This document shows, in pieces, positions 24,295 to 36,383 of a DNA stretch of 64,000 bases. This DNA is from Pseudogymnoascus verrucosus (Eukaryota). Made by a program: the position numbers and the translations under genes. Location of the stretch: assembly GCA_001662655.1 (NCBI GenBank), contig KV460224.1. One strand, given 5' to 3'. The notes beneath the pieces were generated by a model that saw only the letters and a program-made list of their open reading frames with translations, made no database searches and was not told where the DNA came from. Every line of letters begins with the position of its first letter. Positions within the stretch are counted from its first letter, which is position 1.

Positions 24295-24746
24295 TTTGTG
24301 TGTAGTTTCACAACTGATGATGATGGTTGGTAGAAAGAAACTCGTGTTGTTGAAGAATTACTGCGTCAAGAAACAGCAGATAATCATATTATTAATAGTC
24401 GCCGTTATTACAAGCCTCGTAATTTTTTGAGTCGTTGATACGTTTGAGGCTTTTGAGTCTGGTGGCATGTTAGCAACAGTGGCACCAAAGTAACCAATAC
24501 AGCAACAATTAATTATTGGGGATTTTTAATCGACCCACAACGTGGGTTGGTAGATATAACTGTATTGGCGACATTAGTATCAACAAATCTGCAAGTGCTA
24601 CTAGAAAAGATGATTTGAAGCTGGTCGATTGCGCCAATGTAAGAGTTCTCACTCGTTGTAGTTGAAGTGGCCAATCAGGCAACACAACAAAAGCTCCGTT
24701 CACCACCCAGTCTCTCAGTACGCGTAGGTATAGAATCTTGAGGAAT

Positions 24747-26273
24747 TTACCGCTCTTGAATTAGCTTGGCCATCGCTATGCTGTCTAAATAGAGGCTAAC
24801 ATCTACTCCCCCAATTTCCCGACTCGAGTCCATAACCTGTACACACCCATCCATTTTTGGCATCACAGCATGCACATACCTCGGAATACCACCACCAAAG
24901 TCAACCTCATAGACGTTTAGCCTCAGCCACGATGTCACAAGCGTATGACGATCACCTAGGAATGCCTGCCACAGCCGCTGTGGCGACCTCTCAAATGCAG
25001 CGTCGTGCAGCATCGCGCCGATTTTCTCCGGCGTAAAAATTGCGAGCGTCTCACGAATCGCACTCGCCGTGGACCCTAAACTCGCGGCACTGGCTTCACT
25101 GCCACTTGATCGAATGTGCGTGAGGAAGATGGGGGACCCAATGAATGAATCCGAGAGAGGAGGCTGCACACGCGCTCGCGCGCTTAAGGTCACGTTGAGG
25201 AAGACGTCGTCAGCGGAGTCACTGTAGCCGCGTGCACGGTTGATGGCAGACCATATGTGGGCGAGGAGAGCGTCGAGGCGTGAAATGTCAGGGCGGCAAT
25301 CTGGTAACTCGCGGGTGCTTGCGCGTAGGATACTCAGTTGTTCTTCGGTGAAGTGTAGGAGCGCTTGCGACACAGGGCGCGAAAAATCCCAGGTGCTCCA
25401 TGGAGCAGGAGTTGATGGAGAGAAAGAAAGAAGCGACTTCGAATCCCCCAGTGGGGGAGGCGGCTTTGAATTCTCGCTCGTGGGAGCGAGGAACGAGGGA
25501 AACGCGGGGTCTTTGGCGTCATTCCACCAGTCAAACCGATGGAGTGGCAGGAGACGTGCACTTTCAACTGAGGATGTGTCTGCCACATCTCCGTCAATGT
25601 CACCAGCCGCATGAGAATCGAGCTGCCCAGGGTTGAATATGGGTGGATCCATAGGAGATTTTGCGACTCCGTGGCATGCTGCCGCCCACTGGTGTATGAA
25701 CACCATCAGGGACTGTGCATCGGCAAGTGAGTGGGCCATCTTGACGGCAATAGCATAACCGCCACAGGAAAATTCTGTGACTTGCACGGACATCCCCGGC
25801 AGGCTGGCATACTCAACCAGGTTATGAAGCGCCAAGTTCGAGTCAGACAAGAAGATATTCTGGGGAAAATCTGTGGCCATCCAGGTCGCATTCCCCGCAA
25901 CACGCTCATGCACACTAGGGACGATGGAGTCAAGGGTCCTCTCCGTCTTTGAGACCACCCACTCAACCCCGGGATCAGAATCGCACCCGTAGACTACCAT
26001 TGGCCTCCCAAAACGCTCCGTGTGAAAGCCGCCATCGCGGACTCGGGACCATTGCAGCTGGCCTGCCCATTGTGGAAAGTCGTTCAGTGTGGCTACGAAT
26101 GACGATTGAAGGTTGGCGTGTGACGGACTTGGGCCGGAAAAAAGCCAAACTGCACCAGTTGATGAAAACCGAGCGACTGTGGCATCGAGAATCGACAGCG
26201 GTGTTGATACGGGCGTTGTCAGTCTCGGGGAAGGGAAGAGACGAAGCTTCTGTGGCGGTAGTGAACTGGACAT
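24747..26273 (-). CDS. BAHD/Tri101-like CoA-dependent acyltransferase, intronless
   Basis: HxxxD motif (HSLAD) and C-terminal VDFGGG (DFGWG variant); FPQWAGQL. Confidence 0.88.
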   Translation of the reverse strand: MSSSLPPQKLRLFPSPRLTTPVSTPLSILDATVARFSSTGAVWLFSGPSPSHANLQSSFVATLNDFPQWAGQLQWSRVRDGGFHTERFGRPMVVYGCDSDPGVEWVVSKTERTLDSIVPSVHERVAGNATWMATDFPQNIFLSDSNLALHNLVEYASLPGMSVQVTEFSCGGYAIAVKMAHSLADAQSLMVFIHQWAAACHGVAKSPMDPPIFNPGQLDSHAAGDIDGDVADTSSVESARLLPLHRFDWWNDAKDPAFPSFLAPTSENSKPPPPLGDSKSLLSFSPSTPAPWSTWDFSRPVSQALLHFTEEQLSILRASTRELPDCRPDISRLDALLAHIWSAINRARGYSDSADDVFLNVTLSARARVQPPLSDSFIGSPIFLTHIRSSGSEASAASLGSTASAIRETLAIFTPEKIGAMLHDAAFERSPQRLWQAFLGDRHTLVTSWLRLNVYEVDFGGGIPRYVHAVMPKMDGCVQVMDSSREIGGVDVSLYLDSIAMAKLIQER

Positions 26274-26605
26274 AGCTAATGAATATCCTGTAGTCAATTC
26301 TGACGTGATGTATTATATGTATTAGTTCGTCGACTATAGCCCAATGCCGGCAAACTTGGTCCTCGTCCACGGAGAGAGCTGTGCTCTTATTAACCAACCG
26401 ACGGAGTGGTGTAGGTGGATACGTATTTCACCAGTAGCAAACACAGCGACTGAGATTAACCTACCTACGTATCAATTGCGATATCAATATATTTTTTTAA
26501 AAAAAAACACCAAAAGTCTCATAGCTGACACATGTTACGTGTCGCTGATAAGTAGGTCGATCTCGTCTTAACTCAGTCGAATAAAATACCAGCTTCAACG
26601 CCGGC

Positions 26606-26612
26606 TGAGTCA
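26606..26612. promoter_or_regulatory. TGAGTCA, Gcn4/CpcA-type element
   Basis: Exact heptamer in the divergent promoter between the transferase and the DmpA-like peptidase. Confidence 0.3.
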
Positions 26613-26857
26613 TGCGGGGTAAACCAGTTGTGCTCCATAATATAATCCCGCTGAAAGGAGAAGGTGGGAAGGTGGTGGGAACAGGTTTGAGGGAACCCCG
26701 CCAAAATCTCGGTCTTTGAGGGAAGGATGGATTTTGCTGTAATTTATATATATGTATGCGCGGCGACGATATATTTATAAGTGAAAGCTTGCTTGTTGAA
26801 TTAATTTGACGAATATTCATTTTTATTATTATTAATAACGAAAAATATAATAGCAGA

Positions 26858-28202
26858 ATGGCTCGGTTGACAATTAGAGACGCCGGATACACTCCAGGAC
26901 AATTGCCCTCGGGCCCGAAAAACTCGATCCTTGACGTGCCAGGTACGTCTCTGACATAGCATGGCTCTATAAGAGCATCTTAGGATCTTACTGACACTCA
27001 ACCAGGTGTCCACGTCGGCCAAACCACCGTCGGAGACGATGGCGATGACGTCCGCCACGGTGTGACTGTCATCCTACCCCGCCACCCCGACGACATTAAC
27101 ACCCCCTGCTACGCCGGCACGCACACGCTCAACGGCAACGGAGAAGTCAGCGGCTCTTTCCAAATCAAAGACTGGGGCTTCATCAATACCGTTCGTCCCT
27201 TCCCTGTCCCTGTCCCTGGTGGTACTCTCTCACCACAGTTTGATTTACACGTGACAGCCCATCGCCCTCACCAACTCCCTCAGCTTCGGGACAGTCTTCC
27301 AGGAGGTATGGCAATGGATTCTACAGCGGGCGCGCGACAAGGGGATGTCGTTGAATGATATAAGCCACGATTATGGGACGCCGATTGTGGCAGAGACGGC
27401 AGACTGGTGGCTCAACGATGTGCATAACTCAGCGCTCAAGCCGGAGCATGTGCATAGTGCTTTTAAGAGGGCGCTCGAGCAGGAGAACGTTGAAGAGGGA
27501 CAGTATGGTGGTGGTGCCGGGATGACGTGTCACATGTTCCCAGGAGGGACGGGGACCAGCTCCAGAGTCGTGAAGTGTAAAGATGGGAAGACGTATACGG
27601 TTGGGATCTTGTGCCAGACAAACTACGGACACACACACGATATGCAAATAGCTGGGGTCCCAGTTGGAAAGCTACTGTTGAAGGATAGGAAGCTGGCAGA
27701 AGAGAAGGCTGTGAAGACCGCCAGCGGCAAGGTCGATGAGGGCAGCATCGTGATTATTCTTATGTGAGTGTTTTATGGGGCCCTGCCAACCAACTAGTAG
27801 CTAACAATAACCAGCACGGATGCGCCAATGCTCCCACATCAGCTCAATCGCCTCGCGCGACACTGCGCCGTTGGCCTCGCGCAGGTTGGAGGCCACGGTA
27901 TCGGGACTAACTTCTCTGGCGACATTATGCTTGCCATCTCGAATGGGAACAAGACCAATGAGAAGATCTCAGGCGAGCGCGTCAACGGCATCGCGGACGT
28001 AGAGGTTAATCAGATCGAGATCCTCAAGAGCGAGAGCGTGGATACGATGTTTAGGGCTGCATCTGAAGCGACGGAAGAGGCGATCTTGAACTCGCTCGTT
28101 GGAGGGAGGGCAGGAAGGACTGGGTTTAACGGCTTACACTTGGGGGGGTTCCCGGTGGAGAGGGTGAAGGAGCTGCTTGGGAAGTATCGTGTGGTTGTTT
28201 GA
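26858..28202 (+). CDS. DmpA/BapA-like aminopeptidase (peptidase S58 / P1), 4 exons
   Basis: GPKNSILDVP|GVHVGQTT, LNGNGEVSG, PIVAET, VEEGQYGGGAGM, G-S autocleavage-like DEGSIVI..TDAP, SGDIMLAIS, ATEEAILNSL. Confidence 0.9.
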
Positions 28203-28783
28203 TATGTCTTTAGCTATTTACTGTAGCATACTCCGAATTATTGCTACTTTGTAAGTTGTTTGGCTATTGAAGGTGTCTTTGCCGTTGTCTTTACCGTTGA
28301 TGTCAGCGAAGTTGTTGCATAAGTCACAATAATACCTGACTGATCACAGGTCTAATCACACTTATGAACTACATCAGCACATCAATCATCATCCACTGAC
28401 AAGGAGAGATATGGCACGTTCATGGCTGTGGCACAAATGTTTTGATGAGGTGGCCGGGGGCCGCGGCAAGAAAGAGACCCGTCCAAAATCCTGATTCGGA
28501 TAAACTATGTGACCGACGAACCCCTCTCTGACCAAGAGCTGAGATAACCCAATGAAAGCTATTCGTGGGGTTTTAGCGCCGTAATATATAGTGCAATATA
28601 TAGTGTTCCGTGTTGGTTTTGTTATTTTGTTCAGCTACGCTCTATGTACCAAGGCGGCTCGTTGGACCTCATTTGCGCATCCCCCGTCTACCCCTCAGCT
28701 GACTGTCCTATTACTACTGCGGGAACCCTTATTTAAAGTCTTGGGGCGCTAGCAATATACCCGATGGATGCTCTTCCGCTCCA

Positions 28784-28997
28784 CGGTTTGAGGCCCGCAA
28801 CACCGGCATGGCGGCGCCACATTCCCACCTTCCATGCTTCTTCTAGAAGGCCAAGAGAAGCGGCCAGAACAAACCAATAGATTGCTCTGTTCCCTAGCAT
28901 TAGCACAAAAGAGGCTACTGCAGGTACCCCGCATGCAAATCTCCCCCGCACTGTTTCCATTGGCGTCGATTTTATTATCACGGCGGTTTAAGGCCCG
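28784..28997. promoter_or_regulatory. Two CGG-N8-CCG sites (CGGTTTRAGGCCCG) upstream of GH7
   Basis: Copies at 28784-28797 and 28984-28997. CGG-N8-CCG matches the ClrB/ManR-type cellulase regulator consensus. A TATA-like box lies at about 29073. Confidence 0.55.
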
Positions 28998-29172
28998 AAG
29001 CCACCGCCTGCGGAAGTCTTGGTAATGCATTACAATAATAGGATGGATTGGCACTGGTTTTCCCGGTACCTAATATATAAACCTCATTGTTCCCCCTTCT
29101 TGGGGATTCTCGCAACTTCAGCCCTTTAGTCTTTTCACTATCCTCTGACTCGTCAGCATCGATTAAACGACA

Positions 29173-30526
29173 ATGGTTCGCAACCTCCCCTACGCTGCCC
29201 TGCTCTGCATTGGCCTGGTAGCTGCTCAGACTCCCGGAAAAATTCCAGAGAAGCACCCCAAGCTAGACACATGGGAATGCACCAAGAAACACGGTTGCAA
29301 GAAGCAGGAAAGCTACATTGTTATCGACCAGGCATCTCACCCAAATTATCAATTGCACCAGCCTAGCCTCAACTGTGGCAATTGGGGAAGCGCCCCCAAC
29401 GCGACGGTCTGCCCTGATGAGAAGACATGTGCTAAGAACTGCATCGTTGAAGGTATCCCTGATTATTCCAAAGTTGGTGTCACTACCAAGGGCGGAAATC
29501 TGTACTTGAAGCAACTGGCCAAGGATGGCAGCTCGGTATCCCCAAGAGTCTACCTCCTCGAGAAGAATCAACAGGAGTATGAGATGCTCCAGTTGACGGG
29601 CCGCGAATTCAGCTTCGATGTTGACACGTCCAAGCTTCCTTGCGGTATGAATGGAGCGCTGTACTTATCGGAGATGGATAAGAAGGGAGGCAAGAGCAAG
29701 CTCAACCCCGGCGGAGCTGCCTATGGATCCGGATATTGTGATGCTCAGTGCTTTACTTTCCCCTTCGTTGAAGGCGTTGTGAGTAGCCCAATTCCTCTAT
29801 CTGGTAATTAGAAATCCACTAATTTGAGGCCAGGGCAACATCGAAGGCAAGGGTGCTTGCTGTAACGAGATGGACATCTGGGAGGCTAACTCCAGAGCAA
29901 CCTCGATTGCACCGCATGTTTGCAAGCACAGCGGGTTGTATCGATGCACTGGAGCAGAATGTGAATTTAACGGTGAATGCGACGAGTGGGGATGCGGTTT
30001 CAACCCATATGCTCTTGGCAACAAGAACTACTATGGACCGGGATTGAAGGTCGATACCAGACGCCCATACACTGTTGTGACACAGTTTCCCGCCGTCAAG
30101 GGCAAGATGACAGAGATCCGTCGCCTGTACGTTCAGGATGGAAAGGTTATCCAGAACGCTGTTGTCAACATTGCCGGACCTCCCGCCCAAAACTTCATGA
30201 ATGACAACTACTGCACCAACAAGCCTGGCTCCGAGCGATACATGGAGCTTGGAGGTATGGGCGCCATGGGCGGTGCGTTGTCGCGAGGAATGGTCCTCAT
30301 CTTCAGCATCTGGTGGGACGAGGGCGGATTCATGCAATGGTTGGATGGCGAGTCATCCGGTTCCGGACCTTGCGACGCAACTGAGGGAGACCCCAAGAAC
30401 ATCATCAAGATCCAACCTGACCCAGCTGTGACTTTCAGCAACGTCAAATGGGGCGAGATTGATTCTACATACACCTGCAGCAAGGGTCCGGCAGGGCCAA
30501 AGGGCCCAAGGGGAATCTCCTATTAG
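29173..30526 (+). CDS. GH7 endoglucanase (Cel7B-like), secreted, no CBM1, 2 exons
   Basis: Signal peptide, QTPG..PEKHPKL, SPRVYLL, LPCGMNGALYLSEM, GYCDAQC, catalytic CCNEMDIWEAN, GMVLIFSIW. Confidence 0.93.
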
Positions 30527-31048
30527 AGCGCCTTTACACGAGTCGTACTTGTTCAAAGTAGTTTTGAATGAGTACTCGAATGCTTTTGATATTTTGAGCA
30601 AGTTGGGGGTAGAACGTATTTGTCGAGCTCTTTTTGGCCTTGGCAAAGAGGGGTAAGCAAATATAGAATAGATGAATATTAATTTACTTCCCCATTCGCC
30701 AAGCTTGCCGTTTGGCCAGTTCAAATGACCCTTGGACAACTACCTTGTCACTAATTTGACGACGCTCGGCCATTTTCGCCCATCCTGAACTTGTATCGTT
30801 TAATTGTCACAACTTCTTGTTTGCTCGCTCACCATGCCGCTTTGTTATTCTTGTACAAAAATGGATTATCTAAGTGGAAGAGTCCTCGATGGAGACCATG
30901 ATCATATTGATTCTCGGTATTACGTGGGTCTACTAACTCTCCATCAGGCAAATTCTCGTGGAGACGGTGGCCCCAAACGCTTCGTACGATGCTCTTTCCC
31001 CGCTTGATCTGACCACCACTCCGTGATGGTCGATCCTGCAGGAACTAG

Positions 31049-31330
31049 TTTAAAATGTCTTGAACTGAGCTGAGATCCAATACGACGAGATCGATTTACG
31101 GATCCCGATACTATGAGTACTTGGCAATTACAGATCCCGATCCCATGAATACTTGGCAAGGCCTAAGATTTAAGGAGAGTTGTGTGGTAGGTACACCACT
31201 ACACCACGATATCTCAACTTTAGCGCGCGAGCTTTTCGTTGTGTCTATAAACTCTCATACCGAGTCTATTTCAGGATCTGTAAATCGATCTCGCCGAATT
31301 GGATGTCAGCTCGCTTCAAGACATTCTAAG
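31049..31330. repeat. Imperfect 60-bp inverted repeat (MITE-like/hairpin) with internal ~32-bp tandem duplication
   Basis: Arm 31049-31108 matches the reverse complement of 31271-31330 with about 9 mismatches in 60. Tandem copies lie at about 31096-31127 and 31128-31159. Confidence 0.75.
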
Positions 31331-31790
31331 CGGCTATACTTTGTACCCCTCACCAAATAGATTGAAGGGCTGAATATTTTTCTATCCATACTCTTGCGAC
31401 AGCTACATATTAGGATACAAGAAGGATTAATATGTGTTGCAAACTAAACTTCAAGGCTTACCAATCACAGATAAGGGGGATTTGCAATCCCTCCTGCACA
31501 AAACCCCGCACAATCCCTCGTATTATCTACTCCAATAACGACCACAGAATCAAGTCTGACAGTTGTCAGCAGTGCCAAACTAGGGGATTTTGTAGCAGAA
31601 ATTTATGATCTAGCGAGATAATAAACACCAAGCACTTACATAGAGACTCGTAGATTCCATAAGAATGAAGAGAGGTGCAGCGGAGCGCTGGCCCCTATAA
31701 ATACCTCTTTCGTGCTACAGAAAATTAGAAAACAAAATTCCATTCAAAAACTACGAATCTTAAACATCTTCTAATTCGACAACACCTACA

Positions 31791-32376
31791 ATGGCAATTT
31801 TTTCCGACTTCTTGGCTATTCTCCTCGCTGCCAGCGTCGTTAGTGCCATAAACTTCTCAGAGGTTATCCCGGGTCCTGGCCTCCCAAGCTTGGCCTCGCT
31901 CAACCTTACAAGCGAAGCACTCCATGCCATGGGGCCTATAGAAAGTATGTCACTTTCAACTCGTCTCTCACCACAGATCATTAACCCTTCAAGTCCCCCC
32001 AGATTACCATATCGGCGACGTTAATCCCATGTCGAAGCGTGATAACCCCACGCCACCAGCTTGCATCTACTACGGCGGCGCGCTCATCGATCGCGCCAAT
32101 ATGCTCAGCTGCGTCAACTTTTTATACGCTCTCGGAACGACGCCGTGCACCCTCAGCAATAGCGCTGCTAGTGGGCAGTGGTGTAACGTTGGGAATGTGG
32201 CGTTATATGGGTTGAACTGGAACAATTTACCAACCGTATCCTCGTACTGCATCGACGTGGCTGTCGCAGCACAGTGGGTGTATAACAACTGCAACTACGA
32301 CAATGTTAACCAGTGGGGTGGTTTGGCTTATGTACATGGGAATGATGATATAATTGCGAATGTTACCAGACAATAA
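31791..32376 (+). CDS. Small secreted cysteine-rich protein with pro-peptide, 2 exons
   Basis: Signal peptide, then EVIPGPGLPSLASLNLTS, an intron at about 31945-31993, a Kex2-like KR and a mature domain of about 110 aa with 6 Cys. Confidence 0.8.
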
Positions 32377-33150
32377 GTTGGGCCATGGGAAGAAAGGATA
32401 GGGATAGGTGGAGTTGAAGTACACATCGGATGTTTATAGTACTTAGTAAATGTAGCAACAATATTACAGTTATTAAGTTGATTGTCTACAATCACCGAGC
32501 TCCAAAGGAATTATCCAGCACCATAGTGCGTTTGTGCTCTTTAGAGTTGTACAGCGACGTGGCCCATATCTAGTTGATCTAGAAATCGTCAAAGAGGTCT
32601 CGTAGGAATACTGGTACCGTGATAGAGAAAACGAATGTGTCATTAATTCGCTGCCATGTATTTTAATACTTTGTAGCTTAAATATAGGATATAAAAGTGA
32701 TAAAAAGGGAAGAAATGACGAGGGCATCAAGATTTTCTACAGACTTAAGTCCCTTTGACTTTAGTTAGTCTTTTAACCCATTTACCTGAGAATCAAGCTT
32801 TGGATCCTCACCGACGACTTACTGGCGATAACTCGACTAAGGACCTAATTCGCAAGTATTACTCCTCAAATACTATGAGACGTGCACTAGAGTGCTTTGG
32901 TGGCCAGTGTGTCACGTGGAAAGGTCACATCATCTTTATTCTATGGGTAGTTGTAGTGCTTGTAATGATAATTAACGCAAAGTTTATAGAGAGCTATTCA
33001 AAATGAGACAAAAAAGTATAACCGATCAGTAAAATAAGCCAAAATCTCCTCATCCGTGCAACTATGGTCAACCAATGTAGAATCTTAGTGTTGATCCTCC
33101 TAACTTCGTCTCAGACTATCTCCACGCCTGCAGCGAGAGCCTAAAAGCCT

Positions 33151-34374
33151 CTACAGCTTGATCACAACCTTACCAATATGCTTGCCAGAATAAAGGTAAT
33201 TGAAAGCAGCTTGCGAGTCCTCAAATGAAAAGACCACATCGTCTAGAATTGGCTTTAAGTTGACTTTCTTCTCAGTCAAAAATCCGCACAAATTTTGGTG
33301 ATCAATCTTTGTGCCAACGAGTATTCCCCTGAGACAACATACCATTAGTATCACTATACCCATATGTCTTGTGTTGGACAACGATATATACCGCATGGTG
33401 GAATTCTTCACTAATAGAGGCATCACTGTATCAGGGAAGCGATCCATATGATATCCTCCCAAGAATCCGACAAGGGAAACAGTCCCTCTCTGCGCGAGCG
33501 AAGCAAGACTTTGTGCAATTGCAGTAGGGCCTACATTGTTGATGACAACATCTGCCCCTCGTCCATTAGTGGGTCTATGTACCTCCTCCTCCCATTTTGG
33601 GTGGGTGCGGTGGTTGATAGTCTCAATGGAGTCGGGCCCTCCCACGGCCTTGGCAAGATCAAGCTTCCGGTCCCACGAGGAGGTAATTATGGGGCGGATG
33701 CCAGCGTTAAGGCAGATCATTAGGCCAAACATGCTTACTCCTCCAGTACCTGAGAGTGAAAATAAGCATTAAAAATCTTTGTAGGGGCAGAATAGTGGGC
33801 TTTCGTATACCTTGGAGCAAAGCAGTACGCTTTGCCTGAGGCATGCCAATTGCATTCCATGCTGTTGTCCCAGCGCAGGTGATGCAAGCGGCCTACCAGT
33901 AAATCAGCGCCCATTAATATCCTCCATTTATATAATGGCAGATAGATAACATACCTCCTCCCACGAAAGATGCTTGGGAAGGTGAAACAACACATTCTGA
34001 TCAAACACTGCATATTCCCTTAATACGCCATCCACATTCCCGCGTAAAAGCAACGACTCCTCCTCTGTGCCATTGAGGCCCTTTAAATTGAATATTGGTG
34101 CTACTCGGTCCCGATGGCAAAACCGTGGACCTCAGACCCCAGAGCGATGACTTCAGCAGAACAGTCAGAGGCTGTCGATGATTGGGGTTGGGTATATGCC
34201 GTGCATCATTACTACGTCTCTATAATTCAGTGACACGGCATGGACGCGGATCAGCACGTCATTGGGCTTGAGAGATGGGGCCTCTTCAATGACCGACTCA
34301 AGAGTTGTTGGCGAGTTACCCGTGCTGCGCCGGAAGGCTTTGTATGATTGAGGGATTGACTGAGGGATTGCCAT
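33151..34374 (-). pseudogene. Zinc-binding/quinone oxidoreductase-type MDR gene, frameshifted
   Basis: VLIRVHAVSLNYRD is followed by a frameshift before SDCSAEVIALG and a second 1-nt loss at ATCGGGACCGAGTAG (G-D-R-V expected). Later segments are GVLREYAVF, GTTAWNA, GTGGVSMFG and HIGKVVIKL. Confidence 0.75.
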
Positions 34375-34486
34375 TGTATAACCGATTATTGATGAGGATG
34401 ATATTTCAGTAGATTTCCGTCAACTATTGAACCTTTATACCTAACTTAAGAGGGATTTATCATGCATCAGAACATCATAGGCAGAT

Positions 34487-34672
34487 TTGACTAATTGGCC
34501 CGTGGACTCCATCACCGGGACATCTAATGGCCCATTGACTAATTGTCCCGTGGATTCCATCACCGGTGTGCAGTTCCAAGTCGAGGCTATATCGCAACAC
34601 TAAAAATGTGAATCCACACCCATGCGCGCGTATAGCCATTTGTTTACTCAACACCGGGACATCTAGTGGCCC
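34487..34672. repeat. 48-bp-period direct repeat carrying TGACTAA
   Basis: TTGACTAATTGKCCCGTGGAYTCCATCACCGG at 34487-34518 and 34535-34566. CACCGGGACATCTARTGGCCC at 34513-34533 and 34652-34672. Confidence 0.8.
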
Positions 34673-35243
34673 GAATCCGGGGAATCCGACAAGCTATTTG
34701 TTAACTCCACTTTAATATTAACGAAGTACTGGCTGTTGCCCACATTTTTACTTGCAATCTTTTTTGAAGTTACAAGTGGGAGTGCTTGTGAATTTCGAGA
34801 CTTTATTATAAGTATGTTGTTGGCCTGACAACTATGGCCGTAGTAAAATATTGTCGTGAAAAGTATGACTTAATTGGCGTGTACTGGACTTTTATTTTCT
34901 CGACCCTCATCTGACGAACACAGGCGATAATGGCCTAATCTAAATAATGTTCGTCCAGTAAAAAAATTGATATATCAACCGATATTCATGCATGCTATAT
35001 TTATCGCAGGTTGTATGTACTGAAGCCTGTTGGTTAATTCGTCTTTGTTTCGGCGAGACGAACATCGGCGAACCGAAATGGTTAGCCTGTGACATGTTTA
35101 GAACCGAAACAAAGACGACGCGCCCATATATCACTTAAATTATTTAAGCACCCAACCAAGACTTAAGTGTTACTCTGATGAACGCAACTGCACAAGCTTT
35201 CTTCGCCTCAGCCATATTCTCCCAAAATCTCTTATATCCTAAC

Positions 35244-36383
35244 ATGTCTCTTCCTCTACGACCCCTAGGCCGAGACGGTCCCCAGGTCCCTGCCATTGGC
35301 CTCGGTTTCGGGAGCATTGGCGGATTCTACGGACCCGCCGGTACCCTGGACGAGAAATTAGCCCTCTTAGACCATGCACACTCCATAGGGCTACGTTTTT
35401 GGGATTTGGCCGACGTTTATGGCGACAGTGAAGAAGTCGTTGGTGAATGGGTTAAGCGATCTAGCAAGAAGCGCGACGACGTATTCATAACCACCAAATT
35501 TTCGCTGCAGCGTAAACCAACTGGAGGGCACACCTTTCGGTCTGACCCCGAGTACGTGAAGGAGGCATGCAAAAAGAGTCTTGAGAGGCTTGGGGTGGAC
35601 ACAATAGATCTTTACTATTGCCATCGAGTGGATGGGATTACGCCCATTGAAAAGACCATCGAAGCCATGGTGGAGCTGAAGAAGTACATTATCTCTAACC
35701 AACCGTCAAATAGTATGCAAGCAAACAATTACTAACATTTTATTTACAGCCAAGGAAAGATTCGGTGCCTGGGTCTGTCCGAGGTCTCAGTAGCGACGCT
35801 GCGTCGAGCTCATGCCGTCCACCCCATTTCTGCCCTGCAGATGGAATACAGCTTATTCACAATGGACATTGAATCATCAACATCAGAGATATTGAAAACT
35901 TGCCGAGAACTTGGTATAACTATCGTGGCCTTCGGACCTATTGGTCGCGGTATTCTAACCGGCCAGTTCCAATGCCATGCAGACATCCCTGAAGGCGACT
36001 TGCGCCGCATGTTGCCCAAGTACTCAGAGGAGAATTTCCCCAGCATTTTGGAATTGGTGCAGGGATTGACGGATGTGGCAAATACCCATGGAAGCACGCC
36101 GGCACAGGTCGCTCTTGCATGGCTGCTGGCGCAAGGACCAGAGATCATCCCAATCCCAGGTACGAAGTCGACTGCCAAAATGGATGAGAATGCGGCAGCT
36201 GCCATGCTTCGGCTGAGCGACCAAGAGGTGGAAATGATTCGGACTCTAGTAGAGCGAACAGAGATCAAAGGTACTCGGTATCCTGCCGCGTAAGTGACCA
36301 CATTCTCATTTTCGATTCCACGGAGTATTGACTGGTCGGATAGAACATGGCACACTCTCTGCACGGATACTCCGCCGCTATAA
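35244..36383 (+). CDS. Aldo-keto reductase (AKR13/YakC-like), 3 exons
   Basis: [62 protein letters not shown] and spliced C-terminal DTPPL*. Confidence 0.92.

Noticed and set aside
23572..28202. Secondary-metabolite biosynthetic cluster
   Set aside because: No PKS, NRPS, terpene cyclase or DMATS gene is in the window.
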